NCBI RefSeq assembly: GCF_044704955.1 | Contig: NC_091995.1 | Coordinates: forward strand, 96,720,001-96,784,000 | Direction of reading: 5' to 3' | Length of the DNA: 64,000 nucleotides | Source: Pristiophorus japonicus | Lineage: Eukaryota | Shown: piece after piece, positions 37,621 to 49,567 of the stretch | How the letters are laid out: each line of letters opens with the position of its first letter | How positions within the stretch are numbered: the stretch's first letter is position 1 | Translations under genes and position numbers: made by a program | Notes under the pieces: model-generated | Databases searched by the model: none | What the model was told of the DNA's origin: nothing | Seen by the model: the letters and a program-made list of their open reading frames with translations, nothing else

Positions 37621-38743
37621 ATATATAACTGGGCAAGTTGTTGCTTTCTAAAGTTTTGAGGGAACCAGGCAATATTGAGGTACAAAGAGGGTGTGACAAA
37701 GTAAAAGAAAAAATAACTTCATCAGAGAATAGAAACTGAAAGTATGGGTAAACAACTTGAAACGCCACAAGAGAGCGAATTAAAATGAATCCTGGAATGC
37801 CCACTTGGTCAGTCAGCGGCTGAAAGGGAAAAGCCAGATTCATGTTTTGAGCATTTTCTGATTTGGGTCATTTTGATGTCAGTACCTGAAATAACCAACT
37901 TGTCTTCAGTTGGTGCTGTTTCTGGTGACTGCTGCCCTTGTATTTTATATACACCCCGTCCCCCCACCTTCTCAGGCCACCCACCGATGGGCAATAAATG
38001 TTGCCGTGCCAACACCACATCCATAGAACAAATTTTAAAAACCTTCAAGCGCTCGGCCAGTAAAATGTAAGTGAAATGTGCAATCTTTTCTTGATGAACT
38101 TTCCAGGCACTATATCTCACTGCAGATGGTAGGGGACAGGTCCAGATTTCAGTGGCATCCGTCACCCCCCGAAGTAGCTCTGACATTCTGGTGTTAACTC
38201 ACACCGCCCAATATCTGCTCATGTAATAATGTAACCCAAGGGGGTAAGTCTGTCCCCTCAACATGCAACCTCCATACTAACCCCGCACTCGCCCCTTGGA
38301 GGCTTCTCCAACCTTGGGTCGCAACTGATGAACATTCTGGTCAGTCAAGGTCGCTGAGCTGGTTTATTTACAGAATACAGTTTAACCGGAATCTATCAAT
38401 GTCCCTTTGCAACTTTCTGCTCCCATCAACAGTAATGAGCTGCCTAACTTAGTGTTGTCAGCAAACTTGGATAGATGTCTCTCTATTCGTCATTGATAAA
38501 TATAACAAAAAGCTGATGCCCCAGTACAGATCCTTGGGTGACCCACTCGGTGGGTGGAGGAGCAAAAGAGTTTGAGTTTGAGCAGAATGAGAACAGGAGC
38601 AGCAGAGTGAGTGAGCTGCATAAACCTGACAATTGGGAAGGAGGGGGGTGGAAGGGTGTAAGTCAAAGATACAAAAGCAGATAACTGCCGATGCTGGAAT
38701 CAGGAATAAAAACAGAAAATGCTGGAAATCTCAGCAGCTCAGG

Positions 38744-41700
38744 TATAAAGTCCTTACACAATACCACAAACCCACACGAGGCACATTCTATGGACAAGGT
38801 CACTCCATGACCTGAACCTTTATTCACAGGACCAAGAAGTGATGACCCTGTGTGGGACCTCCCTTTATATACCTGGATGACCAGGTGAGGAGTGTCTCCC
38901 ACAAGTTCACCCCCTGTGGTCAAGATGTGCATTTCTTACATATATACAGTATTGCAGTGTTGTAACATAAAGGTTACATACATGACATCACCTCCCATCT
39001 CCTCCCCCCCCCCCCCAAGATCTTATTGGGATCATAGGTTAAGTCTCTCGGGTGGTCTACGCTCCCTTGTGGAGCGCTGCAGTTGGGGCTCTGGTTGTTG
39101 AGCCTTGGCCTGTGTCTCTGTCCCCTGTGGTGATTCCGGCCTGTCCGGACTGACCGCAGGGACTGTACATGCTGCTGAATGTTCTTGTTGCTCGTTCACT
39201 GGCAGTGGTGTGAATACCGTCTCATGATCTTCCTCAGGTTCCTCAGTGTCCATGCTGAATCTTTTTTTTACTTGGTCCAGATGCTTGCGGCATATCTGCT
39301 CATTGTTAAGTTTAACCACTATGACCCTGTTCCCCTCTTTGTCTATTACAGTACCCTCAAGCCATTTGGGCCCCACGGCGTGATTGAGAACAAATACGGG
39401 GTCATCAATTTCTATACATCTCCCCCTTGAATTTCGGTCATGGTACTCGTTTTGGGACTGGCACTTGCCCTGGTGGGCCAGGGCCACGGGCTGAGCGGGG
39501 CCTCCCTGGGGGCATTACCCAGCTGGGCACACGTCGTGCACCTGCGAACACAATGTTCCAGGTCTGAATCAATTCCCGGCCACCACACATGTGACCGGGC
39601 AATGGCCTTCATCAGCACGATGCCTGGGTGCTCGCTGTGGAGTTCCCCTCCCTGCCCCTCTGGGGCATGACTACCCGGCTGCCCCATAGTAGGCAGTCGG
39701 CTTGGGTGGAGAGCTCATCCAACCGTCTGTGGAACGGTCTGACCTCCTCAGCACAAGCTCCGTGTGCGGGCACCCAATCCCCAGTCAGGACACATTTCTT
39801 AATCAAGGCTAGGGGGGGGGATCTCTGTTGGTCCAGATTTTGATCTGGCGGGCTGTGATGGGGGAGCCTGCGCTGTCAAAGGCATCGACAGCCATGACCA
39901 TCTCAGTGCTTTGCTCCCAGAAATGAACGCAACTCCGATGTGTTGCAGGGCCTGGGCGCTCGTCGAATCGCCTGTTTTGGATTCGGTGGGCCGAATCCCG
40001 CCTGTAGCAACCCTCCTGCCCAGAAACTCAACCTCAGGAGCTAAGAACAAACATTTAGACTTCTTGAGTCACAGGCCTACCCGGTTTAGTCGGCGTAGCA
40101 CCTCCTCCAGGTTGTGGAGGTGTTCCTCGGTGTCCCGACCCATGATGAGGATGTCGTCCTGGAATACGATCGTTCCAGGAATGGATTTGAGCAGGCTTTC
40201 CATGTTTCTTTGAAAAATCGTGGCCGCTGATCGATGCCAAACGGGCACCTGTTATAAACGAACAGTCCCTTGTGTGTGGTGATGGTGGTCAGTTGTTTAG
40301 ACTCATCGGCCAGTTCTTGGGTCATTTAGGCTGAAGTGAGGTCCAACCTGGTGAACAGCTTGCCGCCTGCCAGCGTGGTGAAAAGATCCTCCGCTCTCGG
40401 GAGCGGGTATTGGTCTTGTAGGGACACCCAATTGATGGTGGCCTTGTAGTCGCCACAGATCCTGACCGAGCCATCTGCTTTTAGGACGGGAATGATGGGG
40501 CTCGCCCAGTCGCTGAATTCAACGGGCGAGATGATGCCCTCTCTCAGCAACCGGTCCAATTCGCTCTCGATCTTTTCCCGCATCACATACGGCACAGCTC
40601 TGGGTTTGTGGTGCACTGGTCTGGCGTCCGGGGTGATGCGTATCACTACTTTGGTATCTTTGAACGTCCCGACGCCAGGCTGAAATAGTGGTTCAAATTG
40701 CTGTACGATATGTGAGCATGAACTTCGCTCCACAGATGTCATGATGTGCACATCCCTCCATTTCAGTTCATCTCAGCTAACCAGTTCCTCCCCAACAGTG
40801 CGGGACCATTGCCCGGGACAATCCAGAGCGGCAGCCAGTTCACCGATCCATTGTGTGTGACCGCCAACATTGCACTGCCTAGCACCGGAATGATTTCTTT
40901 GGTATACGTCCGTAATTGCGTCTCAATGCGTTCTAGTTTGGGTCTGCTGGCTTTGAGTGGCCACAGCTTTTCGAATTGTTGAACACTCATGAGTGACTGG
41001 CTGGCCCCCATGTCCAGCTCCATGTGTACAGGGATGCCGTTTAATAAGACTTTCATCATCATGGGTGGCGTTTTGGTATATGAGCTGTAAATGTTTGCCA
41101 CATGAACCCGCTGAACTTCAGCATCCATTGATTTGCCCCAAGCGTCATCCTGCTTCGCAAACACCTCATCTGGTCCATCCGCCTCGTATATTAGCCTGGT
41201 TACAGGCTTTCTGCACATTCTGGCTAAATGGCCAGTGAGGTTACAATTTCTGCAGACGAATTGTTGAAACCTGCAAGTCCTGGCAGCATGTCTGCCCCCA
41301 CACCTCCAGCATGAGCTGAGATTCCCATTGTTGTGAACAAAAGAGCTGTTACAAGGCATTCCTCGCTGATTGTCCCTTTGACTGCTCTTGAGCACCCTGT
41401 TAGTGGGTGTCAATGGCCCCGTCCTGAGCCGCATTGTCCACTGGGGGGACGTAAATGTCCGTTCAGCCTGCCATTGTCTGTGTTGGAAACTTACTCTGGG
41501 GTCTATTGCTGCCTGGGGTGTGTCGAACTGCCCTTGCCTACCTGCGGGGCTCTGTGTCGCGTTTATGATATTGACTCCCTGATCCATCGCCACGTTGGAG
41601 GTAGAATTGCTCGCATATATTATCTTGGTTTCCTCCTCCCCCGCCATAAAAGTCTGAGCCATCAACGCCGCCGCTTCCAAGGTCAAGTCCTTGGTCTCAA

Positions 41701-42424
41701 TTAGCTTTCTGAAAATCCCAGCTTGACCGAGGCCCTCGATAAAGAAATCCCTTAGCATCTCGCCCCTGCAGGCGTCTGTGACCTTAGAGGCTGGCCAAGC
41801 GCCGGAGGTCTGCAACGAAGTCCGGTATGCTCTGTCCTTCCCGACGTCGGTGTGTATAGAATCGGTGTCGGGCCATGTGTACGCTGCTCGCCGGTTTGAG
41901 GTGCTCACCGATTAGTTTGCTGAGCTCTTCAAAGGTTTTGTCTGCCGGCTTCTCGGGTGCTAGCAGGTCTTTCATGAGCGCGTAAGTGTTAGGTCCACAG
42001 CTGGTCAGTAGATGGGCCCTTCGCTTGTTGGCCTCTGCATCTCCCAGCCAGTCCTTCGTGACAAAACTCTGCTGGAGCCTCTCAATGAAATTGTCCCAGT
42101 CCTCACCAACACAGTACCGTTCTTCTGTGCTACCGGTGGCCATTCTCGTGGGTCGTTGATTCCCGTTTCTCGTCGCCAATGTAATGTCCTTGCTCAATGG
42201 CACAAAACCCACACGAGACACATTCTATGGACAAGGTCACTCCATGACCTGAACCTTTATTCACAGGACCAAGAAGTGATGACCCTGCGTGGGACCTCCC
42301 TTTATATACCTGGATGACCAGGTGAGGAGTGTCTCCCACAAGTTCACCCCCTGTGGTCAAGATGTGCATTTCTTACATATATACAGTATTGCAGTGTTGT
42401 TACATAAAGGTTACATACATGACA
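38744..42424 (-). mobile_element. Gypsy/Ty3 LTR retrotransposon, internally deleted, in intron 1 of the BAX paralogue
   Basis: LTRs 38744-38987 and 42180-42424; TSD TCAGG (38739-38743, 42425-42429); PBS-like TGGCGACGAG; polypurine tract at ~38988-39015; gag with two CCHC knuckles, protease LDMGAS, RT (WASPIIPV, RICGDYK), integrase zinc-finger remnant. Confidence 0.95.
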
Positions 42425-43654
42425 TCAGGCAGTGTCTGTGGAGAGAAAGCAGAGATGATGGGAAGTTGATTGAGGAGGAGGGTTGGGCAGGACGTTATAT
42501 GGAGTTGTTCAATGGCAGAGGTTTGTGAAGATGGAAGTGGTTTCATCATCATAGGCAGTCCCTCAGATTCGAGGATGACTTGGGGCGGCTTATGGTTGGA
42601 CTGACTTGTGCTCACACTGGAAGCTGTTGGTATTACTGACTGATTCCTTTGTTTTCTCTGTTGCAGATAATTGTAACCAGACTCTCCAGCAGATTGCCAA
42701 GATTCTGCTGTGGGGGTAGGTCACATCTGCATCTTGAAACTCGCCTCACAAGCCACTCATTACAACAACAATATCCTCGAGATTTACTAGCATGGTGCCA
42801 GGGTGAAGTACTTAAGTTACAGGGAGAGACTGGGATTGCTCTCCTTAGAACAGAAAAGGTTAAGAGGAGGTTTGAGAAGTGTGAATAATGAGAAAGTGTT
42901 TCCAGTGGCGAGAGGGTCCGAAGCCGACAGATTTAAGGTGCAAAGGAACCAGAGGGGAGATAAGGTAAAAAAATGACACACCGAGTTGTTGTGATCAGGA
43001 ACGCGCTGCCTGAAAGGGCGGTGGAAGCAGATTCAGTGGTAACTTTCAAAAGGGAATTGGATAAATATTTGAAAAAGGAGAATTTGCCGGGCTGTGGGAA
43101 TAGAGCAGGGGAGTGGGACTAACAGGCACGGTGGTCTTCTTCTGTGCCTCAGTCATTTCCCAATTCCCAATAGCCTTCATTGGACCCACCAATGTTTGAC
43201 CCGAAAGACCATTGTCTGGGTGTCTCTGGCTAATGCCGGCAGCCATGACTCAGGATTCCAGCAGAGGGCAAGCCATGAGCTGCTGCCACTCACACCATTG
43301 CATGTTCAACCAGGGCTCCCAGTATCTGGCCAGGGGTTCAATAAGCGTAGCCAGGGATCTCACCCTTGGGAGAGGTATCGTGAAGCAGGAATTGTCTCTG
43401 GACCATGAAATAGCCTGACTGACTGTCAGTGAGCCTCGACCTCATTAACTGACTCGGCTTTAAAGAAACCTGAAATTTATCTTCGCTATCGATACTGACT
43501 GCGAGGACTGACCACTCCCTGACCATATTGTTCCAGATTTATGCAGCAGAATCCTGGCTCTAATCCGGAGCAACAGGACCCGAGGATAAGAAGCCTGAGT
43601 CTGTGTTTGACCAAGGATCACTGAGCAGATCATAAATGATGAGGAACTTAACAG

Positions 43655-44935
43655 GTCAGTCGGTCAGTTTCCCCAGACACCGGTCAGTTTTCCAGATCCC
43701 CAGTTTCCCCAGACCCTGGTCAGTTTCCCCAGACCCCGGTCAGTTTCCCCAGATCCTGGTCAGTTTCCCAAGACCCTGGTCTGTTTCCCCGGGACCCCGG
43801 TCAGTTTCCTCAGGACCCCGGTCAATTTCTCAGATCCCCGGTCAGTTTCCCCGGACCCCGGTCAGTTTTCCAGACCCCCAGTTTCCCCAGACCCTGGTCA
43901 GTTTCCCCAGACCCCGGTCAGTTTCCCCAGACCCTGGTCAGTTTCCCCAGACCCTGGTCAGTTTCCCCGTGACCCTGGGTCAGTTTCCCCAGGATCCCGT
44001 CTGTTTCTGCAGACCCCCGGTCAGTTTCCCAGACCCACGGTCAGTTTCATCGGGACCCCGGTCAGTTTCCCCAGACCCCGGTCAATTTCACCAGGACCCT
44101 GGTCAGTTTCTCAGACCCCGGTCAGTTTCCCCAGACCCTGGTAAGTTTCCCAGTACCCCGGTAACTTTCCCCAGACCACTGGTCATTTTCCCAGACCCAT
44201 GGTCAGTTTCCCCAGATCCCGGTCAGTTTCTCAGACCCCGGTCAGTTTCCCAGACACCCAGTCAGTTTCCCCAGGACCCACAGTGAGTTTCCGCAGGATC
44301 CATGGTCAGTTTCCCCAAGACCCTGGTCAGTTTCTCAGACCCTGGTCAGTTTCCCAGGACCCCGGTCAGTTTCCCAGGACCCCGGTCAGTTTCCCAGACA
44401 CCCGGTCAGTTTCCCCAAGACCCTGGTCAGTTTCTCAGACCCTGGTCAGTTTCCCAGGACCCCAGTCAGTTTCCCCAGATTCCGGTCAGTTTCCTCAGGA
44501 CCCAAAGTCAGTTTCCTCAGGACCACGGTCAGTATCCCCAGACCCTGGGCAGTTTCTCAGACCCCGGTCAGTTTTCCCGGGACCCTGGTCAGTTTCCCCA
44601 GGACCCACAGTCAGTTTCTCTAGGACACCAGTCAGTTTCTCCAGGACTCCGGTCAGTTTCCCCAGACCCTGGTCAGTTTTCACGGAACCCGGTCAGTTTC
44701 TCAGACCCCCATCAGTTTTCCCAGACCCTGGTCAGTTTCTCAGGCCCCCATCAGTTTCCCCAGACCCCGGTCAGTTTTCCAAGACCCTGGTCAGTTTCCC
44801 AGATCCACGGTCAGTTTTGCCAGACCCCGGTCAGTTTTCCAAGACCCTGGTCAGTTTCCCAGATCCACAGTCAGTTTTGCCAGACCCCGGTCAGTTTCCT
44901 CAGATCCCGGTCCATTTTTCCAGACCCCGGTCAGT
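43655..44935 (+). repeat. Degenerate ~21-22 bp minisatellite (CCCCGGTCAGTTTCCCCAGA) filling paralogue intron 3
   Basis: About 55-60 units, starting at the exon 3 donor. Confidence 0.93.
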
Positions 44936-45637
44936 CTCTCCAGCCCCTATTTGGGTTATTTGTGCCTCCAACACTCCGGGGTTTTGTCGACACTCTGGCC
45001 ATTCTCTCACTGCAGCGGTTTCCATCGGAATATCACTGTTTACAACTTGCTGCTTTCTCCAGGTGCATCGGTGAGATTTCTCACGTGAAACCTTTCTCCA
45101 ATTGGCGTGGGAGCTGATTTCTGACGGAAACATTAACTGGCACCGAGTCGTAATGCTGTTTATCCTTGCCTCTTCCATATTCCAGAAGGTCAGTGTGTTT
45201 CCTGCTCTCTGTCCTGTCCAGCCGGAGCTCCTCGCCTCTCGCCTCTCGCCTCCCCCGCAGACTCGGGCTCTCTCCTGATTCCTGCCCAAGCGCCAGTTTC
45301 TGCACCTTCTGCCTCTCTCAGTATTACTGTAGTCACGGCCTCTCTTGGTCATTCTAAGTATAGACTGTTCTGTAAGATGTGTGTGAGGGGGGTGCATTTG
45401 TTACCCTCAGTCTAAGGGCTGTGTTTCCTGGTTTTGCAGTCTCCCAAGGAGTGTATTCTCCAGATTGTAATCCGTTGGACTCTGGACTTCCTCTGTGAAC
45501 GTTTTCTGCTGTGGATTCGAGACCAGGGCAGTTGGGTGAGTGTGCAAACCATCCTCTGCTCAGTGACCTTTTTAGTTACACAGGTCAGCCTGGCTCTGTG
45601 CTGCATGTACTGAGGAGGGGAGGGGCTCAAAGGGAAA

Positions 45638-46110
45638 ATTAGGGGACTAGAGGGATGGGCTTCGATAAGAGAGTTAGGGGACTGGAGGGATGGGCTTCGA
45701 TGGGAGAGTTAGGGGACTGGAGGGATGGGCGAGTTAGGGGACTGGAGGGATGGGCGAGTTAGGGGACTGGAGGGATGGGCTTCAATGGGAGAGTTAGGGG
45801 ACTGGAGGGATGGGCGAGTTAGGGGACTGGAGGGATGGGCGAGTTAGGGGACTGGAGGGATGGGCGAGTTAGGGGACTGGAGGGATGGGCGAGTTAGGGG
45901 ACTGGAGGGATGGGCGAGTTAGGGGACTGGAGGGATGGGCGAGTTAGGGGACTGGAGGGATGGGCTTCAATGGGAGAGTTAGGGGACTGGAGAGATGTGC
46001 TTCGATGGGAGAGTTAGGGGATTGGAGGGATGGGCTTCGATGGGAGAGTTAGGGGACTGGAGGGATGGGCTTTGATGAGAGTTAGAGGACTAGAGGGAGG
46101 GGCTTTGATG
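45638..46110 (+). repeat. 24/35-bp minisatellite (GGGAGAGTTAGGGGACTGGAGGGATGGGCTTCGAT) in paralogue intron 5
   Basis: Reverse complement of the 11340-12080 unit. Confidence 0.95.
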
Positions 46111-46941
46111 GGGTGAATTACCTTGTGTGTCTCTATTACTGTGATTGAATCAGTTGGTTTAATCATTCCTGTCTCCCCATCTTTCTGTCCTACAGGAAAG
46201 CCTTCCAGTTTTACAGAGAGAAATCAGCTCCCGTGTTTCCTTAGCCACCGGAAGCACTGTGGCCTTCATTGCTCTGGGGGCCCTCACTGCATTCATTGTG
46301 GTGCAATATAAAATATGAAAACATCAGTCAGAGTGAACACAGCAGGCAATGAAGAGGGTGTCACATACAGTGAGGGATATACCCAGTGGAACATTATCAT
46401 GGATTTGTTGTTTTTTAGAATATTTGCTTTACTATCGTATAATCATCAATAATGGATTTATAATCGTGTGTAAGAATTAAATATAAAAGTCTGTAATCAT
46501 CCACAGTAAGCAATGGTAACCTGAATTATGTTCAACATTTAACCTTTTTCTTATGCTTAAAAGTCTGTGTAAGCTGCAACCAGACAGTGTGGGATCTACC
46601 TGGGCTAAGACAGAGGTTGCCATGAGCGAACAGACTAGTTAGCCTGGGAACCAAGGTTAGGTGCAGATACCATTGTGCTGGAATGTTATAACATCCGCAG
46701 TGAATTCTCAAAACAATGGCCAACAGCTGGGGCCGTATCTCAGCCGAGGAGACATATTCCTCTCGTGTTGACATAACTGCCCAGACCTGAATCTTGATGG
46801 TCAAAAATAGACAATGCAAGAGTGTCATCAGACCAAAACCTGTGCGGGCCAGGTATCAATATGTATTATGATTGAATTTGGGTGTCAGCCAGTGATTGGT
46901 TCAGCCACAAATTGTAGAAGATTTCAGGAGGAATCAGAGAC

Positions 46942-47075
46942 ACGCCCGGGAGATGAGGAGAGGCGCCCGGGAGATGAGGACAGGCGCCCGGGAGATGAGG
47001 ACAGGCGCCCGGGAGATGAGGACAGGCGCCCGGGAGATGAGGAGAGGCGCCCGGGAGATGAGGAGAGGCGCAGGG
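46942..47075 (+). repeat. 21-bp minisatellite (GCGCCCGGGAGATGAGGACAG)
   Basis: Six tandem copies. Confidence 0.9.
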
Positions 47076-47313
47076 AGCAGCTTCTAGCCAGAGTATGAGG
47101 TCTCAATTACACGCAGTAAACTGTTGCTCGAACACTGTCATGTATTAAGTTTTGCTTGTGCTGAATAAAATTAAATCATTGTCCCCAATATGGGTCAACC
47201 TTGAATTATTTGGAACCAAGGGAACTATGGGGTCTTACAGTCGTGTGGGATATACCCGGGGGGAGAAGAGTGGTTATACCGGGGCGTGAGGGATATACAC
47301 TAACAGGCGTGTG

Positions 47314-47968
47314 CATAGAAACATAGAAAATAGGTGCAGGAGTAGGCCATTCTAGCCTGCACCGCCATTCAATGAGTTCATGGCTGAACATGCAACTTCA
47401 GTACCCCCTTCCTGCTTTCTCGCCATACCCCTTGATCCCCCGAGTAGTAAGGACCTTTTGAATATATTTAGTGAATTGGCCTCAACAACTTTCTGTGGTA
47501 GAGAATTCCACAGGTTCACCACTCTCTGGTTGAAGAAGTTTCTCCTCATCTCAGTCCTAAATGGCTTACCCCCCTTATCCTTAGACTGTGACCCCTGGTT
47601 CTGGACTTCCCCAACATTGGGAACATTCTTCCTGCATCTAACCTGTCTAAACCCGTCAGAATTTTAAACGTTTCTATGAGATCCCCTCTCATTCTTCTGA
47701 ACTCCAGTGAATACAAGCCCAGTTGATCCAGTCTTTCTTGATATGTCAGTCCCGCCATCCCGGGAATCAGTCTGGTGAACCTTCGCTGCACTCCCTCAAT
47801 AGCAAGAATGTCCTTCCTCAAGTTAGGAGACCAAAACTGTACACAATACTCCAGGTGTGGCCTCACCAAGGCCCTGTACAACTGTAGCAACACCTCCCTG
47901 CTCCTATACTCAAATCCTCTCGCTATGAAGGCCAACATGCCATTTGCTTTCTGAACCGCCTGGTGCAC
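47314..47968 (-). mobile_element. CR1 3' fragment
   Basis: Very similar to the 3' part of 16424-17550; CATAGAAA tail on the plus strand. Confidence 0.9.
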
Positions 47969-48339
47969 TACAGGTGGATTTGTTTATTACAAGCTGCTCA
48001 TTCTTGGCCCTTCTGTTTCTTGTGTTCTGGGAACCTGATTTCCCAGTATGTGTAGCTCGGGACCTCCCCGATACCCAGGGGGTGTGGGGTCTACACTGTC
48101 CTCGCCCTGGATCTTTGTCATCCTGTCTCTGTAAATGTCACATGATGATCCCTTGCCACGTCTCACCTTTCCTTCCTCTGTAGTCACCTGTCCCCCATAG
48201 CACTCAGAAGCTAGATTCGTGAACCAGACTGATAGCTACTAGCACTGCAAGCTCCCAATCCCAAACCAATGCGAGGCTTGACACAGGCCTCACTCATCCA
48301 GTACAACATCTGGATAAAGTGCACAATGGTGCACTGAGG

Positions 48340-48960
48340 GTCAGTTAGTTGGTAGAACTCTTGCCTCTGAGTCGGAAGGCTGCGAGTTCAAGTCTTCCTC
48401 CAGAACTGGAGCAGTCACTCCCTGTTGTGCAGTACTGAGGGAGCGCCGCACTGTCAGAGGGGCAGTACTGAGGGAGCACCGCACTGTCAGAGGGGCAGTA
48501 CTGAGGGAGCGCCGCACTGTCGGAGGGGCAGTACTGAGGGAGCGCCGCACTGAGGGAGCGCCGCACTGTCGGAGGGGCAGTACTGAGGGAGCGCCGCACT
48601 GTCGGAGGGGCAGTACTGAGGGAGCGCCGCACTGTCAGAGGGGCAGTACTGAGGGAGCACCGCACTGTCAGAGGGGCAGTACTGAGGGAGCACCGCACTG
48701 TCGGAGGGGCAGTACTGAGGGAGCGCCGCACTGTCGGAGGGGCAGTGCTGAGGGAGCGCCGCACTGTCGGAGGGGCAGTACTGAGGGAGCGCCGCACTGT
48801 CGGAGGGACAGTACTGAGGGAGCGCCGCACTGTCGGAGGGGCAGTACTGAGGGAGTGCTACACTGTCGGAGGGGACTTCCTGCAGATCAAATGTTAAACC
48901 AAGTTCCCACCTGTCTGGTCAGGTGGATATAAAATAATCCATGGTACTGTTGGAAGATCA
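48340..48960 (+). mobile_element. SINE with 33-bp internal tandem expansion (48430-48870)
   Basis: tRNA-like head (GAGTTCAAGTC) followed by the same unit as 8285-8765. Confidence 0.75.
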
Positions 48961-49113
48961 GAACCAAAAAGTGGAAATTCATGTATATGATGTTGTGGGA
49001 TCTTCTACTTTGGGGCAAAAGGTGTGATTATAAATGCAGTTTCTCTCCCTATGAGGTTATTATGGATAATTACTAACAAATCACAGCTTCCATTCGTCTG
49101 TACATGTAACCAA

Positions 49114-49119
49114 TTTATT
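49114..49119 (-). promoter_or_regulatory. Candidate polyadenylation signal (AATAAA) for the SLC6 gene
   Basis: TTTATT on the plus strand in AT-rich unique sequence ~3.4 kb past the stop codon. Not verifiable here. Confidence 0.35.
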
Positions 49120-49567
49120 TTCCTTGCAATGTTCCAGAAAAAATACTCAGTATTTTCTTATTAAATGGGTCAGATAGGGCACGGATAACACAAAGTAACA
49201 TACTTCTGTCCAACCAATAGTTAGTTTCAGTAGTTAGCAGCCGCTCACATTAACTCTGCAAACAGCTGGACCCTAAAAACCACTGGTTGATGAAACCGAC
49301 TGCCTGCTCCCCAGACAGGATGGAAGGATTGCATTCACGTAGCAATCGGTGAAAAGTACACACACATACACATCAATGTTCCCTCTACTTTTTCTTCTTC
49401 CCCGTGCCGAGTGCTTTTAAATTTTCTGCACAGTTTCTTCTCTGGCGGCAACAGCTCGCGAGCAGACCGCGCGGGACGTCGCGATCCGCGCTCGGGACCT
49501 CGCGATCCGCGCGCGGGACCTCGCGATCCGTGCGCAGGACCTCGCATACCTGCGCACCGACCTTTGT

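Larger units (their letters stand above)
36876..46318 (+). pseudogene. BAX-like Bcl-2 family paralogue, 6 exons (36876-36912, 42667-42715, 43537-43654, 45063-45188, 45440-45535, 46196-46318); probable pseudogene with frameshifts in exons 3 and 4
   Basis: All introns GT-AG. Exon 2 is 49 nt as in BAX (DNCNQTLQQIAKILLWG). BH1 ISDGNINWHRVVMLF, BH2 WTLDFLCERFLLWIRDQGSW, tail VAFIALGALTAFIVVQYKI*. First premature TGA at 43622-43624. Confidence 0.88.

Noticed and set aside
43174-43374. Possible extra 201-nt stop-free phase 2-2 exon in the BAX paralogue (tag|...AG|gtatcg)
   Set aside because: No Bcl-2 similarity, weak splice sites, and it would not rescue the exon 4 frameshift.
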